From an uncultured delta proteobacterium (lineage in GTDB: Bacteria > Desulfobacterota > Binatia > UBA9968): 64,000 nt of DNA. Below the pieces are notes generated by a model. That model did no database searches and had not been told where the DNA came from. It saw only the letters and a program-made list of their open reading frames with translations. The stretch lies in contig CAVUZH010000013.1 in the NCBI GenBank assembly GCA_963745835.1, positions 640,001 to 704,000 of the forward strand, in the 5' to 3' direction. Position 1 is the stretch's first letter; each line of letters begins with the position of its first letter. Position numbers and translations under genes: made by a program. This document shows positions 1-9,151 of this stretch, in pieces.

Positions 1-338
1 CGAGACATATCGCTCATGGTGCCGTCGGATCCGAGATACAAGTCAGTAGAAGATTTCGCGCCGGACTTGAGCTCGGTCAGGACCCGCGCCGCCACTTGCG
101 GGAAACTGGGCCCGGGAGCCAGGTTGACTTTGTGCTTAAGTCCGAACCGCTTATTGAAACCCGCTTCCAATTCGGTAAATCCTTTTTTGCCACCGAAGGT
201 CGAAGCGCTCGCCACAAGCGTCACCTCGCCTTCCTTTTTGGCGCCGGCGATCAGTTGTTCGAGCGTCTGCGCTTCTAGCGGGTATGCTCCCAAAACGAAT
301 GGTAAAAACGCGGCCAACACTGCAATGGTTCTAAGCAT
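1..338 (-). CDS. Extracellular solute-binding protein, 5' part (runs off window edge)
   Basis: Manual translation from ATG at 338 (GGAG RBS upstream): MLRTIAVLAAFLPFVLGAYPLEAQTLEQLIAGAKKEGEVT...; signal peptide; paralog of the 3128-4355 protein. Not in the ORF track. Confidence 0.85.
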   Translation of the reverse strand, partial: MLRTIAVLAAFLPFVLGAYPLEAQTLEQLIAGAKKEGEVTLVASASTFGGKKGFTELEAGFNKRFGLKHKVNLAPGPSFPQVAARVLTELKSGAKSSTDLYLGSDGTMSDMS

Positions 339-381
339 TAGTTTTTCTCCTGCAAACGTCGCACAAACAGGACCGCCTGTG

Positions 382-466
382 CGTTTTTCCCGTGGCAGCG
401 GGAATCCAGGTTTTGCATCTTCTCAATCAGAAGCGAAACTGGATGTCCGCATTCGCGGACACGACG
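382..466. repeat. REP-like palindrome doublet (degenerate)
   Basis: TTCCCG..GCGGGAATCCAG ... CTGGATGTCCGCATTCGCGGACACGACG, inverted arms in an intergenic gap; resembles 1803-1870. Confidence 0.6.
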
Positions 467-514
467 GAGTAAACGCAGAAGTGCTAAAGTTCCCAATCGC
501 AAATTGAACTTCTC

Positions 515-1642
515 TTACGTCAGAGCTTCAACCGCATCCCGACTCGAATCGAAAATTATCGGATCGTGCGCGCTTCGAAATACGCCGGCGGGATCTTTGC
601 CCTGTTTCACCGCATCAATGGCTTCACGGATCATCTTACGTAGCATGAGGATCCCCTGATCGGAAGTCGCCAGATGCTCCTTGGTGCGGTCAGCGACCGC
701 GCCCTGCGTTTCTTGCGCCACCCGGTCTTGTTCGCGATTGGGCAAATTCCACCAGCCATCCTCGACCCGCTGGTAAACTCCGGGTTGATCTTTTTTAAAG
801 CCTCTCGTTTTTAGCGGCTCAGGCCGCATTGGTTGGCCGTCCTTATGCGGATAAAAATCAATCCAAAAAGTAACAGTAGTGGTATCGTCGGCAGGGACGC
901 GGAAGCGAATAACCTGACGCGGCTGCTCACCAATGCGCGCCGCCGAGTGACGTACATGAGACGGAAATACAAAATGAGAAATCCGCGGCTTCGTCACCCC
1001 TTCAACCCAGGTGGTTTCCTTGATGCCGAGCGCGGTGGGTTCCCATTTCATCGTCGGCCGCTTCATTGCCATATTGGGATAGCCGGCTGCATGCAACGCG
1101 ATGGAATGCGCGCCGTCGGAGGAATTCTCCGCGCGCTGCAGCCAGTTGCAAAACTCCTCGCCGCCGCCGACCACGCGGCAGCCATCTTCGCGCACCAGCA
1201 AATCGTAATTGGGCAGCAATGGCGCAGGCTCCGGGCCGACATAGGCGAAGACGAGACCACCGGCGTCCTGAGCATGAAACGCCGGATGCTGAATGCGGTC
1301 CTTGAACGTGCTCCCTTCCGGCTCGGCCGGCTGCTCCAGGCACTTTCCGGCGCGATCATACAGCCAGCCATGGTAGCAGCAGCGGATTCCATTCTTTTCG
1401 ACCCTGCCGAACTCAAGCGAAGTACCGCGATGCGAACAATGAAGCTCGAGCAGGCCTAGCTTACCGCTGCCGTCGCGAAACAAGACAAACTCTTGGCCCA
1501 ACAATTTCACTTTGGTAGGCCGTGCTTCCGGTTGCACGACTTCCGTGAACGCGACCGGCCACCAGTAACGCCTCAACATCTCGCCGGCCGGCGTGCCGGG
1601 CCCAACGCGGGTCATGAGTTCATTTTCTTCTTTGGTCAGCAC
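515..1642 (-). CDS. Rieske non-heme iron oxygenase alpha subunit (phthalate 4,5-dioxygenase-like)
   Basis: CSHRG...CCYHGW Rieske motif; ENSSDGAHSIALH mononuclear iron motif; GTG start. Confidence 0.93.
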   Translation of the reverse strand: MLTKEENELMTRVGPGTPAGEMLRRYWWPVAFTEVVQPEARPTKVKLLGQEFVLFRDGSGKLGLLELHCSHRGTSLEFGRVEKNGIRCCYHGWLYDRAGKCLEQPAEPEGSTFKDRIQHPAFHAQDAGGLVFAYVGPEPAPLLPNYDLLVREDGCRVVGGGEEFCNWLQRAENSSDGAHSIALHAAGYPNMAMKRPTMKWEPTALGIKETTWVEGVTKPRISHFVFPSHVRHSAARIGEQPRQVIRFRVPADDTTTVTFWIDFYPHKDGQPMRPEPLKTRGFKKDQPGVYQRVEDGWWNLPNREQDRVAQETQGAVADRTKEHLATSDQGILMLRKMIREAIDAVKQGKDPAGVFRSAHDPIIFDSSRDAVEALT

Positions 1643-1802
1643 TTAATTAACCCTCCGGAGTTCTAGTCTTTGGTTTCGAGTTTTGATGATCAGTTTAACC
1701 CCCATAGGCTGCTCAAAAAATGTTGAGGCGCGCCGCGCGAACATCGATAAATCGAGGCGTACTCATTTACGTTGATCCGAAATCGATAGCAACACCGCAA
1801 AC

Positions 1803-1870
1803 CGTCATCTTCGAGACGGGTATCAAGATTCGTCCCGGAAACCTGGATTCCCGCGTTCGCGCGAATGACG
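1803..1870. repeat. CGTC-tagged REP-like doublet
   Basis: CGTCAT... left arm and CTGGATTCCCGCGTTCGCGCGAATGACG right arm between two Rieske genes. Confidence 0.6.
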
Positions 1871-1935
1871 CCTCTCTCCCGACGCCAAACGTTTTGAACT
1901 GCTTGAACATTTTGAGCGTTTTGAACCCGTTGGTA

Positions 1936-3069
1936 TCAAGCCAGCGGCCCGATCTCCTGCATGCTCGCGTCGAAGCCGATGTTTCGATTCTCGGCCGTAT
2001 CTCTCAGAATCCATATCGGGTCTTTGCCGTTAGCCGCAGCATCGATGGATTCTTTGATCATCGCGCGCAGTAGAATGACACCTTCATCCGCTGCGCCCAA
2101 ATGCTCTTTGGTCCGGTCATAGATGGATCCCTGGCTCTCCTGCGCCACCCGATCTTGATCGTTCGAAGCGATGCCCCACCAGCCGTCATCGACCCGCTTG
2201 TAAATGCCCGGCTGGTCGTCTTCAAAACCTACGGTTTTGAGAGTCAGCGGCCTGCCTTTATCGCTCTCAGTGTATGGATAAAAGCGCAACCAGAAAGTTT
2301 TTGTATTGGTGTCGTCCACCGGGACGCGAAAGCGGAGCGCATGATCCGGAATCCGCCCGATCCGCGCGGTGGTATGCCGCGTATGCGAAGGAAAAATCCA
2401 ATGGGAAAATTTCGGCTTGGTCACACCGGTAACGTGCATGGAAATTTTGGCGCCGTAAGGTTTGCGCTCCCAACCGATGATCGGCCGCTTCAAGGCCATA
2501 TGCGGATACTCGGGCGCATGGAGCGCAACCAGATGACTTTGGTCCACAGAGTTTTCGGCGCGCTGGAGCCAATTGCAATAATCATGGCCGGCGCCAACGT
2601 GGCGCTCGCCATCTTCGCGCAGAAAGAGATCGTAGTTGGGCAATAACGGGACCGGCTCGGGACCTATGTAGGCAAATATAAATCCGCCAATCTCCTGAGC
2701 CCGGTAAGCTGGATGCTGCACGCGGTTTCTGAAGCTGCTCTCAGCCGGTTCGGCGGGCTGTTCCAGGCATTTTCCAGCGGTGTCATAGAGCCAGCCGTGA
2801 TAGCAGCAGCGAATTCCGAGGTCCTCGACGCGGCCGAACTCCAAAGAGGTGCCGCGGTGGGAGCAGTGGAGCGCCAGTAACCCGAGATTTCCAGCGCCGT
2901 CGCGGAAGAGCACCAAGTCCTCACCAAGCAGGCGCACTTTCGTCGGTTGGCCTTTTCTAGTGACCAACTCTGAAAACCCTACAGGCCACCAGTAGCAGCG
3001 CAGCATCTCGCCGCCCGGCGTGCCCCGCCCCACGCGTGTCAAAATCTCATTTTCTTCCTTGGACAACAT
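1936..3069 (-). CDS. Rieske oxygenase alpha subunit
   Basis: CSHRG/CCYHGW; ENSVDQSHLVALH; close paralog of 515-1642. Confidence 0.93.
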   Translation of the reverse strand: MLSKEENEILTRVGRGTPGGEMLRCYWWPVGFSELVTRKGQPTKVRLLGEDLVLFRDGAGNLGLLALHCSHRGTSLEFGRVEDLGIRCCYHGWLYDTAGKCLEQPAEPAESSFRNRVQHPAYRAQEIGGFIFAYIGPEPVPLLPNYDLFLREDGERHVGAGHDYCNWLQRAENSVDQSHLVALHAPEYPHMALKRPIIGWERKPYGAKISMHVTGVTKPKFSHWIFPSHTRHTTARIGRIPDHALRFRVPVDDTNTKTFWLRFYPYTESDKGRPLTLKTVGFEDDQPGIYKRVDDGWWGIASNDQDRVAQESQGSIYDRTKEHLGAADEGVILLRAMIKESIDAAANGKDPIWILRDTAENRNIGFDASMQEIGPLA

Positions 3070-3127
3070 TTGGCCCCTCAGAATTTCTGGTATCTAGTCT
3101 CAAGTTGCTGGTTGAAGTCACAGGCTG

Positions 3128-4355
3128 CTATTGTTTTAAGATTTTTGCCAACTCAGCCTTGAACTGTAACCCGTCGTCCGTTTCACCCTTGAGGTAGTAA
3201 GCAATCGATTCCTTTGGCTCTTGCACCTGGATGCGATTCTCCTTTAGATATTTCTGCATCATGGTTCCCTCCACGAGGTGTGAGCTGCGCGACTCGTGTT
3301 TCTGGATGATCGCTTGCGCCTCTTTGGTCGCCATGAACGCGACGAAAAGCTTGGCTAAATTTGGGTGGGCGACATTCTTCGGCACGCTAAGCTGAAAATA
3401 ATCGGTATTGATCGGCGACGTCCCGGGAACCGCGATGATCGGCGCGCCTTTAGCTTGCCAGGTCCACATGGCGCCCAGCGCATCGCCGAGATTCGCCATG
3501 ACGGGAAACTCGCCGCTGACGATCCGCTCCTCTTCGCTGTAGCGCAGCCGACCGCCGCTGATCGCCACGAGTTTGCGCGCGAAGTCCTTAACTTTTTCCT
3601 GGCCCCAGTTGAGCGATAGTTCGGCCAACCATGCAACGTACGGGGGGATCGCCAGCTTCCCCGCCCACGAGGGACTCAACCGCGGATCCACGAGGTCGAT
3701 ATAGTTCTTCGGCGCCTTGTCTTTGGGAATCAAGTTCGCGTTGTAAACGATGCCATTAGGCGAGGTGTAAACCAGCACCGCTTCGTTGGGATAGATTTCC
3801 ATTTCTTTGGTCACCCAGGGAAAGAGCCCCGCATAATTCACTTTCTCGAGAGTGTTTTCCACGTGCATCAGTGCCTGATGCGACTGCGAGCCAAGAAAAA
3901 TATCCGACGACGCTTTGCGTCCCGACTTGATCTCGGTGATGTGGCGCGCCGCCCGCGCGTTCATGTCGGGGCCGGCCGCAAAGTTGATGCGTGTTTTCAA
4001 GCCCGAATCGCATGTTGAATGCGGCCTCGAGATCGCTCAGACCTTTTCTCCCGCCGAAAGTCTGGGCGCCGGCAACGAAGGTTATTTCATCTTCTTTCTT
4101 AGCCGCGGCGATCAATGAGTCCAAGGACTCAGCAGTAAAGCAGGGCGCAGCGGTGAAGAGGAACAGGATTGAGAGCGAAAGACATTCGAGATAGCGGCGC
4201 CGGCTATATATTCGAAATCCGAAATCCGAAGTTCGAAACAAACTCGAACGATGAAAATCAGGAAAGTTCCAAGGGAGCCGGCTTCGAATTTTGTAATTTA
4301 TCCGCTTCAGCTTTGTTTCGGATTTCGAAATTCGGATTTCGGATTTATTCCGCAT
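3128..4355 (-). CDS. Extracellular solute-binding protein (AfuA/SBP_bac_6-like), frameshifted near 3995
   Basis: ORF 3756-4355 gives the signal peptide and ...LIAAAKKEDEIT...; ORF 3128-4000 gives the rest with HPNLAKLF; one indel joins them. Start uncertain. Confidence 0.8.
4211..4347. repeat. Palindromic (TCCGAAA/TTCGGAT)n interspersed repeat
   Basis: TTCGAAATCCGAAATCCGAAGTTCGAAACAAA ... TTTGTTTCGGATTTCGAAATTCGGATTTCGGATTT, inverted arms made of 7-mer units. Confidence 0.8.
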
Positions 4356-5520
4356 GCCTCACCTCGTTCGGGTCGAGTTTGAACTCTGCTGGACTCCAAC
4401 GGAGGATTTCGTTTTTGGCCGGATCGCGAATAATTCCAACCGGGTCTTCGCCGCGTTGCACCGCTTCGATGGACTGCTTGAACATTTTACGCAGCAAGAT
4501 AACGCCTTCATCCGATACACCGAGATGCTCCTGGGTACGATCAAAGATCGCGCCCTGGCTCTCCTGGGCGCAGCGGTCCTGGTCGCCGCGCGCGATCCAG
4601 CCTGTCTCCTCGTCCCAGCGGTACTTGCCATGGACGCTGTCGATAAGCCCCTTGTCCGACTGATCAGACGGTATCTTCGCCGCCGTGCCATCAATGATTG
4701 GCGAGAAGTAAAGCGTGAAATGCATGGTGTTGGTGTCGTCGATGGGCACGCGCCAGCGCAGCGCTTCATAACCTTCATGCGTCGCGGCAAAAGCGGCCGG
4801 ATGATCCTCCGGCAGATGGTAACCGACCTTGTTCATATTCGGCATCAAGAACAAACTTATCGTGCGGAAATACTCATCGCCGACGCGGCGGGTGAAGGTA
4901 TCGCGGATGCCGAACTCGGTGGGATCCGAAGTCAATTTTTCATCTTTCCAGAAGCGGGTTTTAGGCGTGCGGTGCAGCCATTTGAAGTGATGCTGATCCA
5001 CGCTGTTCTCGACCATCTGCAAGAAATTGCAATGGACGATTCTAGCGCTGAGCGAGCGAACACCATCATCGCGTACAAGAACATCGTAGCGCGGCAACAG
5101 CGCCGCCGGATCGGGTCCGAGATAGGCGAAAACGATCCCCGCAAGCTCCTGCACCTTGTAGGCTGGGTGATGAATGCGCTGGTAAAACGTGCTGTCCTCG
5201 GGCTCGCCGGGTGTTTCTAGGATTTTCCCGGAAACGTCATAAAGCCAACCGTGATAACAACAGCGCAGGCCGCCGTCTTCCACATGGCCGAACTCCAGTG
5301 AGGTGCCACGATGCGTGCAGTACAATCCAAGCAGACCGGCGCGCCCTTTGTCGTCGCGGAATAGCACCAGGTCTTCCCCAAGCAGCCGCCTTTTCACCGG
5401 ACGATTTTTCAATTCATTAGTAAAACCGACCGGATGCCAGTAGCGCCGTAACATCTCACCACCGGGCGTGCCCTTGCCAACACGGGTTAACATTTCGTTC
5501 TCTTCACGACTCAAAGCCAT
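4345..5520 (-). CDS. Rieske oxygenase alpha subunit
   Basis: CTHRG/CCYHGW; ENSVDQHHFKWLH. Confidence 0.93.
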   Translation of the reverse strand: MALSREENEMLTRVGKGTPGGEMLRRYWHPVGFTNELKNRPVKRRLLGEDLVLFRDDKGRAGLLGLYCTHRGTSLEFGHVEDGGLRCCYHGWLYDVSGKILETPGEPEDSTFYQRIHHPAYKVQELAGIVFAYLGPDPAALLPRYDVLVRDDGVRSLSARIVHCNFLQMVENSVDQHHFKWLHRTPKTRFWKDEKLTSDPTEFGIRDTFTRRVGDEYFRTISLFLMPNMNKVGYHLPEDHPAAFAATHEGYEALRWRVPIDDTNTMHFTLYFSPIIDGTAAKIPSDQSDKGLIDSVHGKYRWDEETGWIARGDQDRCAQESQGAIFDRTQEHLGVSDEGVILLRKMFKQSIEAVQRGEDPVGIIRDPAKNEILRWSPAEFKLDPNEVRHAE

Positions 5521-5535
5521 GACATTTTCCTCGCT

Positions 5536-5830
5536 TCACGGGCAAACTCTGTCACTGCGCCAGAAATAGCTGAGCACGTCCGGAGGTGTCAATAAGCACC
5601 CGCGGGAGGCAGGACCGGGCCAGGCATGAGTCTGGATTTTACGGCTTAAGAAGAGTTTCTTTTCTCTTTGCAGGTCCCGTTTCCTTTCATAATCTCGATA
5701 TAACCGGCTAATCATCGATGGATCGCGTCCCAGCCGCTTGCCTATCTCACCGGTGGTCATTTCGCTCCAGCTTCGCGGAGATATCGAGCAAACGAAACTA
5801 TCCAATGTGGCACGGCAAGACCTAGACCCC
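5536..5830 (-). pseudogene. Remnant of a Y1/RAYT-type transposase C-terminal HTH
   Basis: EIGKRLGRDPSMISRL HTH-like segment, bounded by CAAGACCTAGACCCC at 5816-5830. Confidence 0.5.
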
Positions 5831-5888
5831 GCCCTCTGGACGCTCTGGACGATTGTCTCTTAATGGCCTAAACGGAGCGTGAAGGCGA

Positions 5889-5957
5889 TTGAACCGCTTG
5901 AACAGTCGGAACGTGGCATGGTTACGTTGAACGTTTGAACTATTGAAACCTTGGAAC
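5889..5957 (+). repeat. TTGAAC-unit low-complexity repeat (also 1893-1927, 35686-35737)
   Basis: Repeated TTGAAC/TGGAAC at ~9-nt spacing. Confidence 0.7.
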
Positions 5958-5993
5958 CGCCGCATCGCGGCTCGTGCGGCATCGAATTGTGCT

Positions 5994-6827
5994 TCAGTCG
6001 CAGTTCTTAAGCTTAGACTCCTGACAGCGTCGTGCCATCTCCTGCGCGGTTTCGATCTGCTCGGCTGTCATTTTTGACGCAATTCTATCTCGATTCTCTG
6101 TTGCCGTATCTCGAGACTGGCCGGTCGATGCTGCGGCAGCGAGATTAAACCACATATGCGCACGCACGAAGTCCTGCCCCAGGCCTCTCCCCTTGGTATA
6201 CATCATACCCAGATTGACCTGCGCCGATTCGTTTCCTTGCGCTGCCGCGAGGCGATACCACTTGACGGCTTCGCGATAATCCTGCGGCACGCCCTGTCCC
6301 TTTTCATACGCCGCACCCAGACTGTACTCTGCCGGTGCATATCCCTGCACCGCCGCGAGGCGATACCACTTCACAGCCTCCTGATAATCCTGCGGCACGC
6401 CTTTCCCCTCGGCGTATATCGAACCCAGCCTCGTCTGCGCCCACTCGTCTTCCCGGGTCGCCGCGATGCGATACCATTTTATGGCTTCCTGATAATCCTG
6501 CGGCACGCCTTTCCCCTTCTCATACGCCAGACCCAGGCTGTACTGCGCCGGGACATTTCCCTGCGCCGCGGCGAGGCCATACCACTTTACAGCCTCCTGA
6601 TAATCCTGCGGCACGCCTTTCCCCTCGGCATACATCAAACCTACCCTTCTCTGCGCCCATTGGTGTCCGTTCTCGGCAAGCTGGCGAAAGAGTTTCATCG
6701 CCTGCACATAGTCGCCGCGCTCGTACACAGCGAGAGCGTCATCGAAAGTGGTTGCTGCGGCAAAACTAGCGCTACAGAGCAAACAAAGAGTGGCGAACAG
6801 CAGGCTCTTGAAAAAGACCCACCGCAT
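5994..6827 (-). CDS. Secreted Sel1-like repeat protein
   Basis: About five 36-aa repeats (AQYSLGxxYExGxGVPQDYQEAVKWYRLAA), 108-bp DNA periodicity; signal peptide MRWVFFKSLLFATLCLLCSASFA. Confidence 0.92.
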   Translation of the reverse strand: MRWVFFKSLLFATLCLLCSASFAAATTFDDALAVYERGDYVQAMKLFRQLAENGHQWAQRRVGLMYAEGKGVPQDYQEAVKWYGLAAAQGNVPAQYSLGLAYEKGKGVPQDYQEAIKWYRIAATREDEWAQTRLGSIYAEGKGVPQDYQEAVKWYRLAAVQGYAPAEYSLGAAYEKGQGVPQDYREAVKWYRLAAAQGNESAQVNLGMMYTKGRGLGQDFVRAHMWFNLAAAASTGQSRDTATENRDRIASKMTAEQIETAQEMARRCQESKLKNCD

Positions 6828-6933
6828 CAGGTCGGATGAATTATGAAAGCTGAAAGCAGAAATTTCCGTTTTCATCCTTCCGCTTTCATCCTGTCTTTTT
6901 GCGACTCGCATCTGAAGCTTTTTGACCAGCCTG
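6801..6933. mobile_element. MITE-like element with CAGGCTxxxxAAAAAG terminal inverted repeats
   Basis: Ends CAGGCTCTTGAAAAAG / CTTTTTGACCAGCCTG; internal sequence closely repeated at ~16507-16620. Confidence 0.75.
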
Positions 6934-6949
6934 GAATCAGTTGCACCGA

Positions 6950-7858
6950 CTATTGTTCCAATTGGAAACACCGTCCGGGAGGATAGCCCGCCTCGAACTC
7001 CACTAGTTTCATGCGCGGGACCGAGGTGCCGCTGCAAACCTTTTGGATTTTTATTAGCTGGGTAGGCCTTTTCAAGTCGGTCTTCGACTCGCAGGTGACT
7101 TGCACGCAGGAGATCTTCTTTAACCAGGAGCATACTTTCACGTCGCGCCCGAAGGCATCCTCGAGTTCGGTCAGATACAAGGTGCCGAGTTTATCCTTGC
7201 CATCCTCTAAGTGCACCCCCGTGGCCAGCGTGTAGAAGCTACCGCCGATCTCCAACAAGCTCAGCACCTTGTCAACGAACAGGGACAAGTCTTCGGTATA
7301 GGTGAAGCCGCCGTACACGTCGGTAATGATCTGGAATTTTCCAAGCTCGTCGGGCGAATATTGCCGCAGGCGCTTGCCGAAGAGATAACGTATACGGTCA
7401 GCACCGAGGCGAGCGGTCTGCTGTTTCCAGTTGTCGGTCCGGCGGTCTTCGATGGAGATCGCCACCGCGCGCGCTCTGGGGCCGGACCCGAGGCATTTTT
7501 CAGCCGGCGCCGCGGCATCTTCGGGTAGGTAGTAATCTAGGATGGCCTGCGCTTGGCCCGCTCCGATATCGAGCCATCGGTCCGAGCTGCCCAGCCGCCC
7601 GAGAGCGTCGCAGAAGCCGGAGGGAAGAAGCTCCGAATAGCGCGAGAGCCCGCGATCGGTGGTGTAGACCCTGCGACCATCGGCACCCCGGCTGCGGTAG
7701 ATTTTTTCCTGCTCTAGAAATTCCTCTTTGATCCGCGGTTGAACGGGTTCCTGTGACCAGCCGGCCCGCGGCCCCAGCGCCTGTATGATGACGATCACAA
7801 CGGCCAGGCGCGCTGCCGCGGTTTGCCATCGTGGCACCGACGAATTGATTCTCCGCAT
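6950..7858 (-). CDS. Signal-peptide-bearing class I SAM-methyltransferase-like protein, copy 1
   Basis: WLDIGAGQAQA motif I; hydrophobic N-terminus; paralog at 14584-15495. Confidence 0.75.
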   Translation of the reverse strand: MRRINSSVPRWQTAAARLAVVIVIIQALGPRAGWSQEPVQPRIKEEFLEQEKIYRSRGADGRRVYTTDRGLSRYSELLPSGFCDALGRLGSSDRWLDIGAGQAQAILDYYLPEDAAAPAEKCLGSGPRARAVAISIEDRRTDNWKQQTARLGADRIRYLFGKRLRQYSPDELGKFQIITDVYGGFTYTEDLSLFVDKVLSLLEIGGSFYTLATGVHLEDGKDKLGTLYLTELEDAFGRDVKVCSWLKKISCVQVTCESKTDLKRPTQLIKIQKVCSGTSVPRMKLVEFEAGYPPGRCFQLEQ

Positions 7859-7863
7859 GACGG

Positions 7864-8835
7864 CTACTTCCTCCTCGCATTGAAAAACATGCCATTCTTG
7901 AAAGCGTTTTCAAAGCTGTTCCAGGCATAGTCGATGTCGCCGGTGGCGGCAAGGCCAAAGGCGGAGGCGGTGAGTGCGCTCACGAACCTAATCTGCGCCT
8001 CCTCCGTGTCGTCGGGGTCGTCCTCGAACGTGCGCAGCGTAAGCTGGTTGGGATACTGTGCATCTTCATGCACCGTATCCCGTATCGAGATCTCTCCCAC
8101 CGCGCGTGGAATGAAGCGGTAAAATGGCCCGCGATTGCGGGCGGGCCGTATGTCCTCGTCCGCGCCGATCACCATCACTGGAACGGCGATCCGCTTTAGC
8201 GATTCCGACAAGCCCCGACCGATTGCAGTGGGATCGAGTAAGACACCGCCCAGCGCGGGGGCGCCTTCCCCTAAGGCGGTGGCGACGGCGGTGGCGCCGA
8301 ATGAGTGGCCGACGAGAATAATTTTGTCCCCGTCTATGCGCCGGTCGACGAGCTGCGGCGTTCGATGAATGATATCGACGAGCTTGGCAAGGATTCTGCC
8401 GTTGCCGATCCACGGGCCGCGCTTGGGTAGGTCCAGGGCAAGGCCATGCATGCCCCAGGAGGCCAAGTGCATCGCTTGGAAGGCATGGTCTTCCTTGGAA
8501 TTGTTGTTACCGTGCAACACGATGACCAGAGGCGCCTTACCGGCCGCGGCGCACAGGTATAAGTCCGCTGTCACCGTCAGATCGGAATCGAGGGGAATTT
8601 CCAGGCCCCTGCGCTCGACCATGGCGAACGGCCCGCGAAACCTGAATTGCGCTACGTCAGGCTTGCTGGAAAGTAGATAGCGCTGGAGCTCGGCGGGGTT
8701 TGCTGCCTTTATGGTTGTAACTTTAGTCGTCGGAAACTGGCGAGTACAACCAACCGCATGCGCTATCAAGGCAATCAGCAGCAGGACTGCAATACTAAAA
8801 CTCGATCGGCCGATTATAGCCGCGGTTGTTGGCAC
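7864..8835 (-). CDS. Alpha/beta hydrolase lipoprotein, copy 1
   Basis: GHSFG nucleophile elbow, GADED, TVHED; lipobox AVGC; GGAGG RBS plus GTG start. Confidence 0.85.
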   Translation of the reverse strand: MPTTAAIIGRSSFSIAVLLLIALIAHAVGCTRQFPTTKVTTIKAANPAELQRYLLSSKPDVAQFRFRGPFAMVERRGLEIPLDSDLTVTADLYLCAAAGKAPLVIVLHGNNNSKEDHAFQAMHLASWGMHGLALDLPKRGPWIGNGRILAKLVDIIHRTPQLVDRRIDGDKIILVGHSFGATAVATALGEGAPALGGVLLDPTAIGRGLSESLKRIAVPVMVIGADEDIRPARNRGPFYRFIPRAVGEISIRDTVHEDAQYPNQLTLRTFEDDPDDTEEAQIRFVSALTASAFGLAATGDIDYAWNSFENAFKNGMFFNARRK

Positions 8836-8930
8836 GTTACCTCCGAGAACTAAACGCTACCTTAAACCCGAGCGTAATATGAATGAGCTTAATATCAATG
8901 CTTGCCAGAGTGTTGAAAATGACTTTGATC

Positions 8931-9055
8931 CAGGCTGTTCAAAACGGTCCAGATGCAAGGCGCGCGAGAATGGGCGAGCGCAGGCGTACTCCTTTGGTAC
9001 GTCGAGCGAGGCCATCGGAGCGCAACGTAGCAGGTGGGCCGTTTTCAACAGCCTG
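8931..9055. mobile_element. MITE/REPIN-like palindromic element
   Basis: CAGGCTGTTCAAAACGG ... CCGTTTTCAACAGCCTG terminal inverted repeats; partial relative near 1707. Confidence 0.75.
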
Positions 9056-9151
9056 TTGCCCTTAATCGAAAAGATTGACTTAACATAATGAGATGTCCAT
9101 CTCGTATTATATTGTTCTGCCCCGCAATAAGTTAGCGGAGAAACTTTTTCA

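Noticed and set aside
6170-6660. 108-bp near-identical tandem repeats as a CRISPR array
   Set aside because: They are in-frame Sel1 coding repeats; there are no unique spacers and no cas genes.
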